Of a stretch of DNA of 64,000 bases, positions 35,513 through 46,145 are shown in pieces. The DNA is from a virus, in the IMG/VR virus record IMGVR_UViG_3300034682_000252, positions 27,017 through 91,016 of that record, one strand, 5' to 3'. Both the position numbers and the translations under genes were made by a program. Below the pieces are notes generated by a model. The model was not told where the DNA came from. It searched no databases and worked only from the letters and a program-made list of their open reading frames with translations. The stretch's first letter is position 1; the number at the start of each line of letters is the position of its first letter.

Positions 35513-37209
35513 AGCGGTTCTCCTAGCAGGTTAACGAGTTGGGTGTTGATGACGCCCTCCAGGAATGCCTGGAAGCCATCCCGGGGGCCCTTGTAGCCGA
35601 CGGACTCCATGAAGTTCTGCCCGTCGCCGGCCTCCTCTTCGGCTGCATCCTTGGCGGCCTGGGCGAGGTCCTTGATGATCTGGGCGGCCTTGTCCGGGTC
35701 GAGCCGCACAATGTCGGTCAGCACCAGTTCCTTGAATGCGTCCGAACCGGCCAGGCGGCCGTTTTCGATGGTGTCGAGCACAGTGGCCAGCGCCATGGCG
35801 TAGTTGGTGCGCGTCTCCATGGCATCAGCCTGTTCGGCTTCGATCGCGGTGTTGAGGGAGTGGAATTTGATTTCGATGGGACGGAGCTCGCCGGCGCCGA
35901 ACACTTTCCCGTACTTGTGGGCCATGTGAATGTCGATGAGCCGGTTCACGGACTGGACCACCCCCACCCGCAGCCAGTTGGCGCGGATCGCGGCTTGAAT
36001 GGACGTTCGGAAGAATCCGCCATCCCCCAGCCCGCCAGACATGAGATCCCCCCAGCCGAGCATCGACACATCGATCCCCAGGGATGACGCCATGCGCTTG
36101 AGGTGAAACATCACATCCTCAATGTGCTGAATGTCCGGGCTGACTGTCTGGGTGTCGATCGTCACGCCGCCCTTGTTGCCAGACAGGTTAGGGATGAGCT
36201 GGTTCCAGACGGTGGGGATCAGGCCCTTGGCTTTCCCCTTGCGGGCGGCAGCCTCCATGTCCTTGCGCATCTGGGTACCCACGAGATTTAGGTACTGCGC
36301 GGCGCGGGCCGGGTCCAGGTTATCCATGCCGAGCGCCACGAACCGGTCAATACGGCTGGCGTTATAGCGGCTGCCCTTCATCGAACGGATGGCATCGCTC
36401 AGATCACTCCAGGAGCCATAGGCAAACTCGAGGAACGACGTGCCGTAGTCCTGGGTTTCTATGGGCTTGCGGCGGTGAATGTCGTCATAGAGCGAGTAGC
36501 GGATCCCGGATGTGCCGGTGGGCTCCAGGGAGAGGGACGGTTGCCAGTACGGCACCTTGAGCCCCACCAACTGCCAGGGCTCCACCAACTGGATCTCGCC
36601 CGGACGGGTGGGCGTCTTGAGGTATTCACCGGTGAAGCCGGCCAGGCGGCCGCCGCGGACGTACTCGCGGATCTGGTGCGCCATCGTGTACCAGGACGAT
36701 TCGAGATCGACGATCCCCTTGCCTGTCTCGCAATAGGGCCGGATGTAGTGGACCCCGTATGCGGCCATGAGCTTGCACCAGGACGGCAGGCCGTTGTTGA
36801 GCATGGGCCCGAGCTCGGCCATGAGCGACGCGGCGATCTCCTTGGCGTCATCCGTCTTGGCCTCGATTGTGATGATGTTGCCGGTGCGGCTATCCACGCT
36901 CAGGGCGTGTGATATGTGCATATCCAGGGCGGCGGAGAGCACGGGATCGACAACCATCTCCTCGAGCAGGGCGTACTTGGCGAACCGGTCCGTGGGGAGA
37001 ACCTTTTCGCTCATCCAATCCTGCTCACCCACAACGGTGGTCCCGTTCTGGGCGGTTGCGGCGTCAGCCATCAAGGCATTGCCTACGTGATAGCCTCCCG
37101 CGCCTTGCAGCAGGATCCCGCGGTCTTGCGAATCGTCCGGGTTGTATCCGGTGAAGGCCTGGCGCAGCAACGACAGCAGGCCTTTTTCTGAATTTGTGGT
37201 TTCAGCCAC
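35509..37209 (-). CDS. prt: Portal protein
   Basis: P1 Prt-like sequence, coupled to pro, divergent from darB; GGAGG-N7-GTG start. Confidence 0.85.
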   Translation of the reverse strand: MAETTNSEKGLLSLLRQAFTGYNPDDSQDRGILLQGAGGYHVGNALMADAATAQNGTTVVGEQDWMSEKVLPTDRFAKYALLEEMVVDPVLSAALDMHISHALSVDSRTGNIITIEAKTDDAKEIAASLMAELGPMLNNGLPSWCKLMAAYGVHYIRPYCETGKGIVDLESSWYTMAHQIREYVRGGRLAGFTGEYLKTPTRPGEIQLVEPWQLVGLKVPYWQPSLSLEPTGTSGIRYSLYDDIHRRKPIETQDYGTSFLEFAYGSWSDLSDAIRSMKGSRYNASRIDRFVALGMDNLDPARAAQYLNLVGTQMRKDMEAAARKGKAKGLIPTVWNQLIPNLSGNKGGVTIDTQTVSPDIQHIEDVMFHLKRMASSLGIDVSMLGWGDLMSGGLGDGGFFRTSIQAAIRANWLRVGVVQSVNRLIDIHMAHKYGKVFGAGELRPIEIKFHSLNTAIEAEQADAMETRTNYAMALATVLDTIENGRLAGSDAFKELVLTDIVRLDPDKAAQIIKDLAQAAKDAAEEEAGDGQNFMESVGYKGPRDGFQAFLEGVINTQLVNLLGEPL

Positions 37210-37370
37210 TGGCTGACCTCCCATTGGCGCTAGGACCATGGGCGGGAGGGGGAAGGGGGGCAAGCGGGATCATATCTGATTGCGGCGGCTCGATGTGGAT
37301 CGTCCAAAAGCCAAATGGTTTCGCAATGGGGTTAGGATGTGCGGGTTTCCATCAACATCGAGGTGCATCC

Positions 37371-40300
37371 ATGCCCACTACCATTGTGGCAAATGCGATC
37401 GCCGCCATCTTGCAGGCCCGCGACATGTCCGGGCTGATGGCGGAATACGATCGCCTGTTCCCTACCTCCAGCCGCGCCAATGCGATCTACGGCGTCGAGA
37501 AGGCCGACGGCGTATCTATCGAACGCGCCCGCAAAGAGGCCAATGAGCGCGTCTTGGGCGTCCTGCAGCGGGTCGGCAACAATGCCGCCATGCTGACCGA
37601 AGAGGAAAAGGCCATCTTGCGCCAATACTCCGGCCTGGGCGGGATCGGCGGCTCCATTCACGAGTATTACACCCCGCAATGGGTGGCCGGGGGCATCTGG
37701 GATCTGATGGCCGCCATGGGCCAGGGCCCGGGTAACTACCTGGAGCCCTCCGCGGGCGCCGGCGTATTCCACGGCACAAAGCCGGCCGGGGTGCTGATGA
37801 CCGCCACCGAGATCGACGAAACCAGCGCCCAGGTGAACAAGCTCCTCCACCCCGAGGACAAGGTGGTGAACCAGTCGTTCGAGGCGCTGGCCGTCGCCAG
37901 CGAGGATGATAGCTGGGATGGGGCCGTGGGCAACGTGCCGTTTGGCGAAACCCGGGGGAGCTATGGGGCGCTCGATCCCGAGTACGCCCACATCAAGTAC
38001 GTGGACCAGTATTTCGTTTCGCGCATCCTGGACAAGATCAAGCCTGGCGCACTGATGACCGTGGTTGTCCCCATGCGCATCGTCAGCGGCGCCAAGTTCA
38101 AGAAGTGGCGGGCCGAGATCAGCCTGAAAGCCGAGTTCCTGGGCGCTCACCGCCTCCCCTCCGGCACTTTCTCCAACAACGGCACCGACACCGCCACCGA
38201 CATTCTGGTCATGCGCAAGCACCCGGCCGGCCTGGCTGAACTGGTGAACGGCCGGAAGAAGCCAGACCTTGAAGCCGCCAACGTGCTTTGGGACACCTTC
38301 ATCAACGGCAAATGGTTTGAGACTGCCGAGGGTAAGCGGTTCGTCCACGGCGAGCAGTCCATCCAGGGCGCCGGCAAGTTCGCCCGGACCGTCGTCGAGA
38401 AGGGCGGCACCACCAACGAGCAGATCCGGCAGCGCCTGGCCCACAAGTTCGAGTCGCGCATTGACTGGCTCGCCCTGGAGCTGGTGGCCCCGGTCACGCC
38501 GACCTATGACGAAGGCGACGAGCGAATGATCAACGGCCGCTGGCGCCGGCTGGTCAACGGCACTTGGCAAACCACCTCGCTGGTGGGTGGCGATGGCGAC
38601 ACAATCAGCAAGGACGAGTACGGGGTGGGTTCACTGCGCCAGCTCAAGACCATGTTGGAACAGTCCCCCTTGAGCGCCCTGGAGCTGAACCATAGCCACC
38701 TGCTGGCCATACACCGCGACTTCCCGGACGCCACTGATGGCATCGTCGGGGACGCCATTCGGCTCGCCAAGGAGCAGCCAGCCGAACACCGGGCCCGCAT
38801 CGTGCGCGGCGCCATCATCGGTCACCGCATCCAGGGAATGCTGGGTGAGATCAACAGCGCCGGCTTCATCCCCACTGAAACCGCCGCCGAGTTGCGTGAT
38901 CTGATCAGTGCGGAGATCAGCACCTTTGGGGTGGCTGCTGCTGATCGCAAGCTGGCGACCCTGGGGGGCGGCAATGCGGCCGGCGCCTGGAATGCCTTTG
39001 TGACCGCCACCGACGTGAACGGCCAATTCAGCGCCCTGCTGAAAGGCACCCTGGATCGCGGCCCAGTTCGCGCCTTTGACGACACCAGCGCCGCCCAGAC
39101 GGTTGCTTACCTGTTCGGCCAACTTGAGCTCAACCCGGTCGATCTGTCTGACTTCCTGGACCTGTACCGCGGCGACGAGGGCAAGACCCTGACCGAGCTG
39201 GCGAAGATCCCAGGGGTGGCGATCACGCCGGCTGGCATGTTGATGCCGATGGACCGGGCCACCAGCGGGAACATCGTCGAGAACCGCCGCAAGGTGATGG
39301 CCGCCATGGGGGCAGAGACAGATCCCGCCATCCTGGCGAACTACCAGACCCAACTGGACGAGATCGAGCGCCGGCGCTACCGGGCCAAGGTCGATGACAT
39401 TGAAATGACCATGGCCGCCAAGTGGCTGCCAAGGAGCTTGGTCGCCGAGTTCCTGAAAGATCAGGGATACAGCTCGCTCCAATACTCCAAGATCGTGACC
39501 AATGAAGATGGTGAGCTGGTCGAGGACAAGGAGTATCAGGGTAACGATGGGGTGTGGAGTGGCTACGGCGTCCGGGATGGCAAGAAGCGCTCCAACGTCA
39601 ATGAGCAGTTCGAGCGCCAGCTCGAGAACTACCTCAACGGGATCGCCGTGCGCTCTGGTGACGCTGCCGGCGCGGCCGCATACCGCGAGCGCATCAAGGG
39701 CATTGAGGAGCGGTTCGCTATCTGGCTGCGCCAGCATGACGACATAGACAAGCTGGCGGATCTCTATAACGACAGCTTCAACGGCCATGTGGCGTTTGAG
39801 CACTCTGACGCTGACCTGGAGCTCGAGGGCATTTCCGGGCGCATCGTGCCGTTCGGCTATCAGTGCTCCGGGATCCGCCGCGCCTCGGAAGATGGGCGCG
39901 GAATGCTGGCCTACGGGACAGGCCTCGGCAAGACCGCCACCGCCTTGGGCCTGGCCGCCTACAACAAGCAGATGGGCCGCGCCAAGCGGACCGGGATCGC
40001 CGTGCCGCTGGCCGTGCTGGAAAACTGGTACCACGAGGCCAAGACCTTCTACAGCGAGGACGCTTTCAGCCGCGTGTTCTTTGTCGGCCTGGAGCCAGTT
40101 CGCAACAAGGACGGCGCCATTGAGCAGGAACAGATCCTCGATGACGAGGGCAACCCCCGCCTGGGCGCCAACGGCCAGGCGCTGACCCGGGACAAGCTCA
40201 AGGCCCTGGGCACCAAGGAAGTGAAAGCCCGCCTGAACGCCATCCCACAGTCCAACTATGACGTGGTGGTGATGAGCAAGGAGCAACTGGCCACCATCCC

Positions 40301-43300
40301 TATGCGCCCCGAATCTATCGTCGCCCACGCCGATCGGATGGAAGCGGCAGGCCTGCGCGGTGGCAAGATCCTGGCGACAGCCAAGAATCACCGCGAGGCG
40401 ATGAAGAAAGAGAAGTTCGCCGAGAAGCACAGCAACACTGGCACCGTGAAGGCACTCGATATTCCCTACTGGGAGGATATGGGATTCGACAACCTGATCA
40501 TTGACGAGGCCCACAACTACCGGAACAGCTACCAGGCCGGCCGCGAGTCGTCCAAGCTCGCTTACTTGCCCACCCAGGCCTCCGCCAAGATGGCGATCGA
40601 TCTGGCGGTGAAGTCCGCCCACATGCGGGAGAAGAACAACGGCCGCGGCCCGGTGCTGCTGACCGCCACCCCGACCGTGAACAGCCCGATCGACATCTTC
40701 AACATGCTCTCCCACGTCGTCAGCATCGACGAATGGGGGCAGATGGGGATCACCGACGTGGACGACTTCATCAAGGTGTTTGGCGAGGTCGAGGACGTGA
40801 TGGTCCAAAAGCTCTCCGGCGAGGTGGTCAACAAAGAGGGCCTGGTGGGGTTCAAGAACCTGTCCGGTCTGCGCTCCCTGTTCCACCGCTGGGTCAACCT
40901 CAAGGACGCCAAGGACGTGAGCCACACGGTCACTATCCCGGATCTCGAGGAGACGCTGACCGAGGCGGACATGACCGATGAGCAGGCGGCCGTCTATGAG
41001 GACCTGCGCCAGCGGGCCGAGGCCTTGAGCAAGGGCCAGTCCAACGACGAGAACGGCAACCCGACTGACTTCACCTTTGCGATCATCCGTGACATGGACC
41101 GGGTGTGTTCGGACATGGACCTGTACCGCCGCACCATGACTTTCCGCTTCCCGCTCAAGTACGGCGAGGCCGTGGAGAAGCTGGTGGCCGACTTGCCCAC
41201 CAGCATCAATGACGCCGCCATCGAGGACGACAAGCAGGACGAGGACGCCGACAAGACGGTTATCCAGGCCAAGCTGGACGCCAAACTTTCCACCAGCGAC
41301 CACGCGATCACCCTGGTGGTGCCCGAGGCCTACGAGCAGGAGGTGGTAAGCCGGCTGGACCAGTTCGGCATCACCGCCAGCGACGTATCCCACCCGCTCA
41401 TGCCCAAGTACGCCCGTATGCTGGAAAATCTCAAGCGGGGCCACGAGGAGGGCGGCAAGCAGATCATTTTCACTGAGGAGAAGTCGCAGCACGAGAAGCT
41501 GAAACGGATCATCGTCAATAGCCTGGGCATTCCCGCCGAGCAGATCGGCATCATCAATGCCAAGACGGTCAGCTCCAAGGGGGTGGACGGCGAACAGGCC
41601 AGCCTGGAAGGGTTTGCCGGCGCCTACAACGAGGGCAAGATCCGCATCCTGATCTGCAACAAGAAGGCCGAAGTGGGTGTGAACCTGCACCACGGCACTA
41701 CCGACATTCACCACCTCACTCTCCCCTGGACACCGGCGAGCATCAAGCAGCGCAACGGCCGCGGCGCCCGCGTCGGTGCCAAGCAGAAGAAGGTGCGAGT
41801 TCACTACTACGTGGGCAAGGGGTCGTTCGACCAATTCCGCCTGGAAACCCTCAAGCGCAAGGCCAACTGGCAGCATGAGTTGTTCACGTCCGACGCCGAG
41901 AAGATGAAGAACGCCGACGCCGACGACGCCATGGACGCGAGCCTGTTGCTGGCCGCCGACCCCGAGGAGCGCCGCGCCCGCATCGAGGCGAACCAGGCCA
42001 AGGCCCGCGCCAAGATAGAGGAAGCCGCCCGCCGCCGCGCCGGGATCGATCTTCACAACTACCTCAAGGCAGCCCACGACATGGGCGGGGACCCCGAGGA
42101 AATGCGGATTAACGCCGCCAATCTGAGGCAGCGGATCGCGACGCTGCAGCAGCAAGCCCAGAACAGCCAGGAATGGGCCGAACGTAACCTGGCCGAATCC
42201 AAGACCAGCCAGTATGGCGGTAATTACTACCTGTCAAAGTACCGCGCCAACTTGCAAGAGGTGGAGGCATACAACGAGCAGGCCCGCCAGGCCCGCAAGA
42301 GCCTGACTTTAGCCGAGCGCAAGATGGAACGCGCCGCCAAGGCGGCCGACTCACTCAAGCGCCTGCGCCCCTCCCTCGAGCAGGCCATCAAGAAGGGCTT
42401 GCTGGACGCGCCGGCTGACATTCTGGACAAGGGCTATGAGTACCTGACAGATGGCATCGTGACCGTGCGACTGGGGCACCACTACCAGACCGGCACAGGG
42501 TCTATTTTGCGAGTGGATAAGCTGGACTTTGACGGCAAGCAGGCATTCGCCACCACGATCCATGTTCCACCGAGATCCAAAGGTATGTTCAAGTCCGGGG
42601 ATACTGGCTGGTGGGGGATCGGCGGCCTCAAGACCGAAGTCAGCTACACCCCGAGCGAGCTGGACGTGTGGCGAGAACTATCCTCTCCCCTCCCCCTCTC
42701 CCGCGCCGTGCAACTGCTGGATGGCGGGCTGTTCAGTCAGTACCTGGTCAGCAAGTCGCTCGCCTTGGTGACGGATTACTACCTGCTGCATAGCGCCGAT
42801 GGCGACGGGTTCGAGGTGGTCTACCACCCCTCCTACAGCGACAAGCCGATGACCAAGGACCAATTGGCCCGCGTCGTCTACCCGGACAGTGGCAATGCAG
42901 GCCTCAAGGCCAAGCTGGCCAAGTGGCTGATGGCCGACCGTTCCCGGATGACAAAGAGCAGTTACGGCAGCGCCCAGGAGGCACCGCCCGCCTGGCTCAC
43001 CGAGCTGTACGGGGCCAATGTGATCACCGCAGTTGAGGAGTACGGCAACAAGGCGCCTGATCAGGTGGTGAATGAGTGGCTGGCTGCCAGCCTGGACAGC
43101 TACCGTGCCAGCAGCAAGATCGACCCGGACCGCACCTCGATCTATCACTACTACTTTGAACCTCACGCCAAGAAGCTGATCCCGGCAGAGTGGAGCAACC
43201 GCAGCGCCTTCGAGGCGGCCATCAAAGCTGGCGAGAAGATTTTGGAAGCCGAGGCCGAGGAGGAGAAGAAGGCCCACCAGGCCCGCAAGAATGCCGCCGC

Positions 43301-44051
43301 GGCTGCCCAGTTCGCGCTGGCCCAGCAGGACACCGACCGCGCCGCCATCGCCGAACGCCTGACCTGGATCCGGGACACCGGCAAGATCTACCGCGAAAGC
43401 AACGGCTACACCATCGCCGGCAAGCTGCGCGATGAGAAAGGCGCACCCTATGCCCAGGAGGGGGCATTCAGCCTTGCCCGGGCGGTTGCTGACATGGTGG
43501 CTGCCGGCCTGATTGTCCCACCTGCAGAAGTCACAACGTCCAGCCTGCGCCAGGCCTGGGACAAGGGGGTTTACGAGCTGTTCAGCAGCTACAGCGCCAG
43601 CGCGGCCACACTGCAAACCTGGCTCGATGGCGACAAACCCAAGGAGGAGCCGGCGCCAGAGCCCACCCAGGAGGAGCAGGCCGACAAAGCCACCGCAGAG
43701 GCCACCCTCGAGGCGGTGAACGCGGGGGATACCCACATCGGCAACGTGCTGGTGCGCCGCAATGCCATGCCCATCAACCAGCCGGCCAGCAAGACGCAAT
43801 TCCGCGGCCGCTGGCGAACCCGCCCCGCCGTCAACAAGGCCATTGGCGAGGTGATCGGCCTGTTCGACGAGCAGGGTAAAAACGGGGTGCTGTATGACAA
43901 GAAAGAAAACCTCAAGGCCGCTTTCGGTCAGGGCCGGGGCCTTGTATTCTTCACGGATTCGGTATCAGACGAGTATCCGGGCGGCTGGTGGTTCCTGCCT
44001 GCCTCTGCAACCCTTGAAGAAATCGCCAACGTGCTGGGAGTGACCCAATGA
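37371..44051 (+). CDS. darB: DarB: N6-methyltransferase plus SNF2 helicase, virion antirestriction protein
   Basis: LEPSAGAG, GNVPF (MTase); GTGLGKT, DEAH, TATP, QRNGRGAR (helicase); about 2226 aa; synteny. Confidence 0.93.
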   Translation: MPTTIVANAIAAILQARDMSGLMAEYDRLFPTSSRANAIYGVEKADGVSIERARKEANERVLGVLQRVGNNAAMLTEEEKAILRQYSGLGGIGGSIHEYYTPQWVAGGIWDLMAAMGQGPGNYLEPSAGAGVFHGTKPAGVLMTATEIDETSAQVNKLLHPEDKVVNQSFEALAVASEDDSWDGAVGNVPFGETRGSYGALDPEYAHIKYVDQYFVSRILDKIKPGALMTVVVPMRIVSGAKFKKWRAEISLKAEFLGAHRLPSGTFSNNGTDTATDILVMRKHPAGLAELVNGRKKPDLEAANVLWDTFINGKWFETAEGKRFVHGEQSIQGAGKFARTVVEKGGTTNEQIRQRLAHKFESRIDWLALELVAPVTPTYDEGDERMINGRWRRLVNGTWQTTSLVGGDGDTISKDEYGVGSLRQLKTMLEQSPLSALELNHSHLLAIHRDFPDATDGIVGDAIRLAKEQPAEHRARIVRGAIIGHRIQGMLGEINSAGFIPTETAAELRDLISAEISTFGVAAADRKLATLGGGNAAGAWNAFVTATDVNGQFSALLKGTLDRGPVRAFDDTSAAQTVAYLFGQLELNPVDLSDFLDLYRGDEGKTLTELAKIPGVAITPAGMLMPMDRATSGNIVENRRKVMAAMGAETDPAILANYQTQLDEIERRRYRAKVDDIEMTMAAKWLPRSLVAEFLKDQGYSSLQYSKIVTNEDGELVEDKEYQGNDGVWSGYGVRDGKKRSNVNEQFERQLENYLNGIAVRSGDAAGAAAYRERIKGIEERFAIWLRQHDDIDKLADLYNDSFNGHVAFEHSDADLELEGISGRIVPFGYQCSGIRRASEDGRGMLAYGTGLGKTATALGLAAYNKQMGRAKRTGIAVPLAVLENWYHEAKTFYSEDAFSRVFFVGLEPVRNKDGAIEQEQILDDEGNPRLGANGQALTRDKLKALGTKEVKARLNAIPQSNYDVVVMSKEQLATIPMRPESIVAHADRMEAAGLRGGKILATAKNHREAMKKEKFAEKHSNTGTVKALDIPYWEDMGFDNLIIDEAHNYRNSYQAGRESSKLAYLPTQASAKMAIDLAVKSAHMREKNNGRGPVLLTATPTVNSPIDIFNMLSHVVSIDEWGQMGITDVDDFIKVFGEVEDVMVQKLSGEVVNKEGLVGFKNLSGLRSLFHRWVNLKDAKDVSHTVTIPDLEETLTEADMTDEQAAVYEDLRQRAEALSKGQSNDENGNPTDFTFAIIRDMDRVCSDMDLYRRTMTFRFPLKYGEAVEKLVADLPTSINDAAIEDDKQDEDADKTVIQAKLDAKLSTSDHAITLVVPEAYEQEVVSRLDQFGITASDVSHPLMPKYARMLENLKRGHEEGGKQIIFTEEKSQHEKLKRIIVNSLGIPAEQIGIINAKTVSSKGVDGEQASLEGFAGAYNEGKIRILICNKKAEVGVNLHHGTTDIHHLTLPWTPASIKQRNGRGARVGAKQKKVRVHYYVGKGSFDQFRLETLKRKANWQHELFTSDAEKMKNADADDAMDASLLLAADPEERRARIEANQAKARAKIEEAARRRAGIDLHNYLKAAHDMGGDPEEMRINAANLRQRIATLQQQAQNSQEWAERNLAESKTSQYGGNYYLSKYRANLQEVEAYNEQARQARKSLTLAERKMERAAKAADSLKRLRPSLEQAIKKGLLDAPADILDKGYEYLTDGIVTVRLGHHYQTGTGSILRVDKLDFDGKQAFATTIHVPPRSKGMFKSGDTGWWGIGGLKTEVSYTPSELDVWRELSSPLPLSRAVQLLDGGLFSQYLVSKSLALVTDYYLLHSADGDGFEVVYHPSYSDKPMTKDQLARVVYPDSGNAGLKAKLAKWLMADRSRMTKSSYGSAQEAPPAWLTELYGANVITAVEEYGNKAPDQVVNEWLAASLDSYRASSKIDPDRTSIYHYYFEPHAKKLIPAEWSNRSAFEAAIKAGEKILEAEAEEEKKAHQARKNAAAAAQFALAQQDTDRAAIAERLTWIRDTGKIYRESNGYTIAGKLRDEKGAPYAQEGAFSLARAVADMVAAGLIVPPAEVTTSSLRQAWDKGVYELFSSYSASAATLQTWLDGDKPKEEPAPEPTQEEQADKATAEATLEAVNAGDTHIGNVLVRRNAMPINQPASKTQFRGRWRTRPAVNKAIGEVIGLFDEQGKNGVLYDKKENLKAAFGQGRGLVFFTDSVSDEYPGGWWFLPASATLEEIANVLGVTQ

Positions 44052-44470
44052 TTGCCGTAACCATTACCCCGACCGCCGACGAACTGGCGCCGCTCCTGGC
44101 CGAGGCGACCGCCAAGCAGGACGAGGAGACATTCATCGCCAACTACCTGGCCGGCCTGGTTAAGATCCTGGGCAGTGACCCGCGCCAGTATCGCAGCTTC
44201 GGCCCCTACTGGTGGCCACTCAAAGGCATGATGATCGAGCGCGGCATTCAACCCGGGGCCGGCTCCCTGGAGCTGGGCACCCTGCAGCACTACACGCTGG
44301 GCACCCCCGCCCTGACGCTTTGCGCCGCTTGGGCTTACCAGCAAGAGCGCATCGAGGAGGGCAAGATCCGCACCGCCAGCCACCAGCTCGAGCTGGCAGA
44401 AGGCGAGCTCTATGAATACGTGCTGGTGGATGAGGACATGGAGGCCTTCATCGAGCGCACCAGGCGCTAA
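44048..44470 (+). CDS. ulx: Ulx (Dar system accessory)
   Basis: PRQYRSFGPYW..ERG..PALTL..YQQER matches recalled P1 Ulx; follows darB. Confidence 0.82.
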   Translation: MIAVTITPTADELAPLLAEATAKQDEETFIANYLAGLVKILGSDPRQYRSFGPYWWPLKGMMIERGIQPGAGSLELGTLQHYTLGTPALTLCAAWAYQQERIEEGKIRTASHQLELAEGELYEYVLVDEDMEAFIERTRR

Positions 44471-44489
44471 GCCACCAGCCAACAACGAG

Positions 44490-44517
44490 AAACCCGGCCA
44501 ATGCGCCGGGTTTTTTT
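44490..44517 (+). terminator. Rho-independent terminator
   Basis: AAACCCGGC-caatgc-GCCGGGTTTTTTT. Confidence 0.75.
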
Positions 44518-44613
44518 GTAATCTCCACCACCCCAAAAGGAAATATCTTCTTATCCTGTTGGTAATATTTTCCTTGCGCGGTAAGCTGGGGCCAATAATT
44601 GCTGCGAGGGCGT

Positions 44614-44955
44614 ATGAAAGAGAAACCGAAGAACCAAGAGACAAGCGAAATCACCCAGAAGGACATTCCGATCGCGATGAAGCTCTTGGAAGTGTCTACC
44701 CCTGGTGGTTTCGCCAAAATGCTGGGCATTACAGAGCGATCATTGCGTGATGGGCCAATGGCGATATGGCGTCAAATGTCCATTGAATGCCTGCTGCGCC
44801 GAGCCGGTAAATGGGAGGAGTTTTGCGACTTACGCGGCGCTACCCCATCAACCGGTCACGATAAGCCTATCGTCACGGGCTATCACTGCATTGTTTGCAG
44901 TCAGTGCGTTGAGCACATCCATAGAGTGCCGTTCCCTAAGCGGCCAGGGAACTAA
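44614..44955 (+). CDS. HTH DNA-binding protein
   Basis: TPGGFAKMLGITERSLR; C-terminal CxxCxxC. Confidence 0.55.
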   Translation: MKEKPKNQETSEITQKDIPIAMKLLEVSTPGGFAKMLGITERSLRDGPMAIWRQMSIECLLRRAGKWEEFCDLRGATPSTGHDKPIVTGYHCIVCSQCVEHIHRVPFPKRPGN

Positions 44956-44958
44956 ACG

Positions 44959-45159
44959 ATGGGTGTCCAGTACCGCAAGCGGATCAGGCTTCTCCCCTTC
45001 TTGTGGCTCAACCTGTCACACACTGGCTGGTCGCTGACTATCGGCGCCGGCCCCCTCTCCTTCTCCTTCGGTCCCCGCGGCAAGCGGGTTTCCGCATCAC
45101 TCCCGGGCACAGGCCTGTCATATCGCAAGACGCTTTCCAGGCGAACGAAACCAGAGTGA
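44959..45159 (+). CDS. DUF4236 domain protein
   Basis: YRKRIRLLP..LNLS..G.S...PGTGLSY. Confidence 0.75.
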   Translation: MGVQYRKRIRLLPFLWLNLSHTGWSLTIGAGPLSFSFGPRGKRVSASLPGTGLSYRKTLSRRTKPE

Positions 45160-45220
45160 ACTGAGGGGCCCGCGGGCCCCTTTGTCATTCTGATGGTGCG
45201 ACCAAGTGGTTATAACAATG

Positions 45221-45271
45221 TTGACACCCAATGCCTCGAGGCCTATAGTCCGTAGTAACTTTGTTGCTACG
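45221..45271 (+). promoter_or_regulatory. Sigma70 promoter and palindromic operator of the TA operon
   Basis: TTGACA-N17-TATAGT; CGTAGTAAC-ttt-GTTGCTACG. Confidence 0.75.
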
Positions 45272-45285
45272 CTATTGGGTGTCGA

Positions 45286-45537
45286 ATGAAAATAGCAATC
45301 CGAGCAATCGGGAACTCAAAAGGTGCCGTGTTCCCCGCTGCCTTGCTGAAAGAATTGAATATCAATATCGGGGATCAACTGGAGGCCGTCGCCGAGAATG
45401 GCCGACTTGTTATCACCCCTACTCGCAAGCCAAGGTTCCAGCTCAACGAACTGCTGGCCCAGTGCGACCACTCCGCCCCCATGCCGGCAGAGGTGCGCGA
45501 ATGGGATGGAATGGTGTCGGTGGGGAATGAACGCTGA
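45286..45537 (+). CDS. mazE: AbrB/MazE-family antitoxin (ChpS-like)
   Basis: IGNSKGAVFP..L....GDQL...GRLVITP..LNELL. Confidence 0.85.
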   Translation: MKIAIRAIGNSKGAVFPAALLKELNINIGDQLEAVAENGRLVITPTRKPRFQLNELLAQCDHSAPMPAEVREWDGMVSVGNER

Positions 45538-45884
45538 TGGCCGTCTTTGACCGAGGGGATATTGTCAGGGCCTGCCTTAACCCGGTGGCTGGTCATGAGA
45601 CACAAGGCGATATGCGCCCCTGCCTGGTGTTGTCGCCCAGGGCATTCAACAACCTGGGGCTGGTCATGGTAGCCCCCATCACCCAAGGCGGCGATTACGC
45701 CCGCTTCCAGGGCTTTGCGGTAACGCTGATGGGGTCAGGCACCGCCACCCAGGGGGTTGTGCTGGCGAGCGGGGTCAAGTCTTTGGATCTGGTCGCCAGG
45801 GGTGGCCGGAAGGTGGAAACGGCACCAAGCGCGATCGTCGATGAGGTGCTGGCCAAGTTGGATGCCATTCTGGGGATCAGCTAG
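45537..45884 (+). CDS. mazF: PemK/MazF-family toxin (ChpB-like mRNA interferase)
   Basis: RGDIV..LNPVAGHE..RPCLVLS..FN..VAPIT. Confidence 0.88.
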   Translation: MAVFDRGDIVRACLNPVAGHETQGDMRPCLVLSPRAFNNLGLVMVAPITQGGDYARFQGFAVTLMGSGTATQGVVLASGVKSLDLVARGGRKVETAPSAIVDEVLAKLDAILGIS

Positions 45885-45959
45885 AACGACAAAAAGGGCC
45901 TGATAAAATCTCGTCACATTTTCAACAAAGCGGGGATGGACCCCGACAAGGAGAGAGAA

Positions 45960-46136
45960 ATGAAAGTACACAGCAATATGGATTTGCACCAACTGGTTGA
46001 TCGCATGGGCCCCGAGGCCACCCTGGATGATGCCGCCGCAATGTGCGATCTCCTGGTCGAGAAGTTCGACGGTCAAGACACCGCCGAGATCCCCGAAGGG
46101 GAATGGCTGGCCCTGCTGGAAGAAGCGGTGGTGTGA
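45960..46136 (+). CDS. Small acidic hypothetical protein
   Basis: AGGAG RBS; D/E-rich. Confidence 0.55.
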   Translation: MKVHSNMDLHQLVDRMGPEATLDDAAAMCDLLVEKFDGQDTAEIPEGEWLALLEEAVV

Positions 46137-46145
46137 TGATTGAAG

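Noticed and set aside
37332-43799. Long - strand ORFs opposite darB (412, 1174 and 373 aa)
   Set aside because: Antisense shadows of a GC-rich, codon-biased gene; no motifs or RBS.
44614-44955. lxc by position after ulx
   Set aside because: Sequence does not resemble recalled P1 Lxc; called an HTH protein instead.
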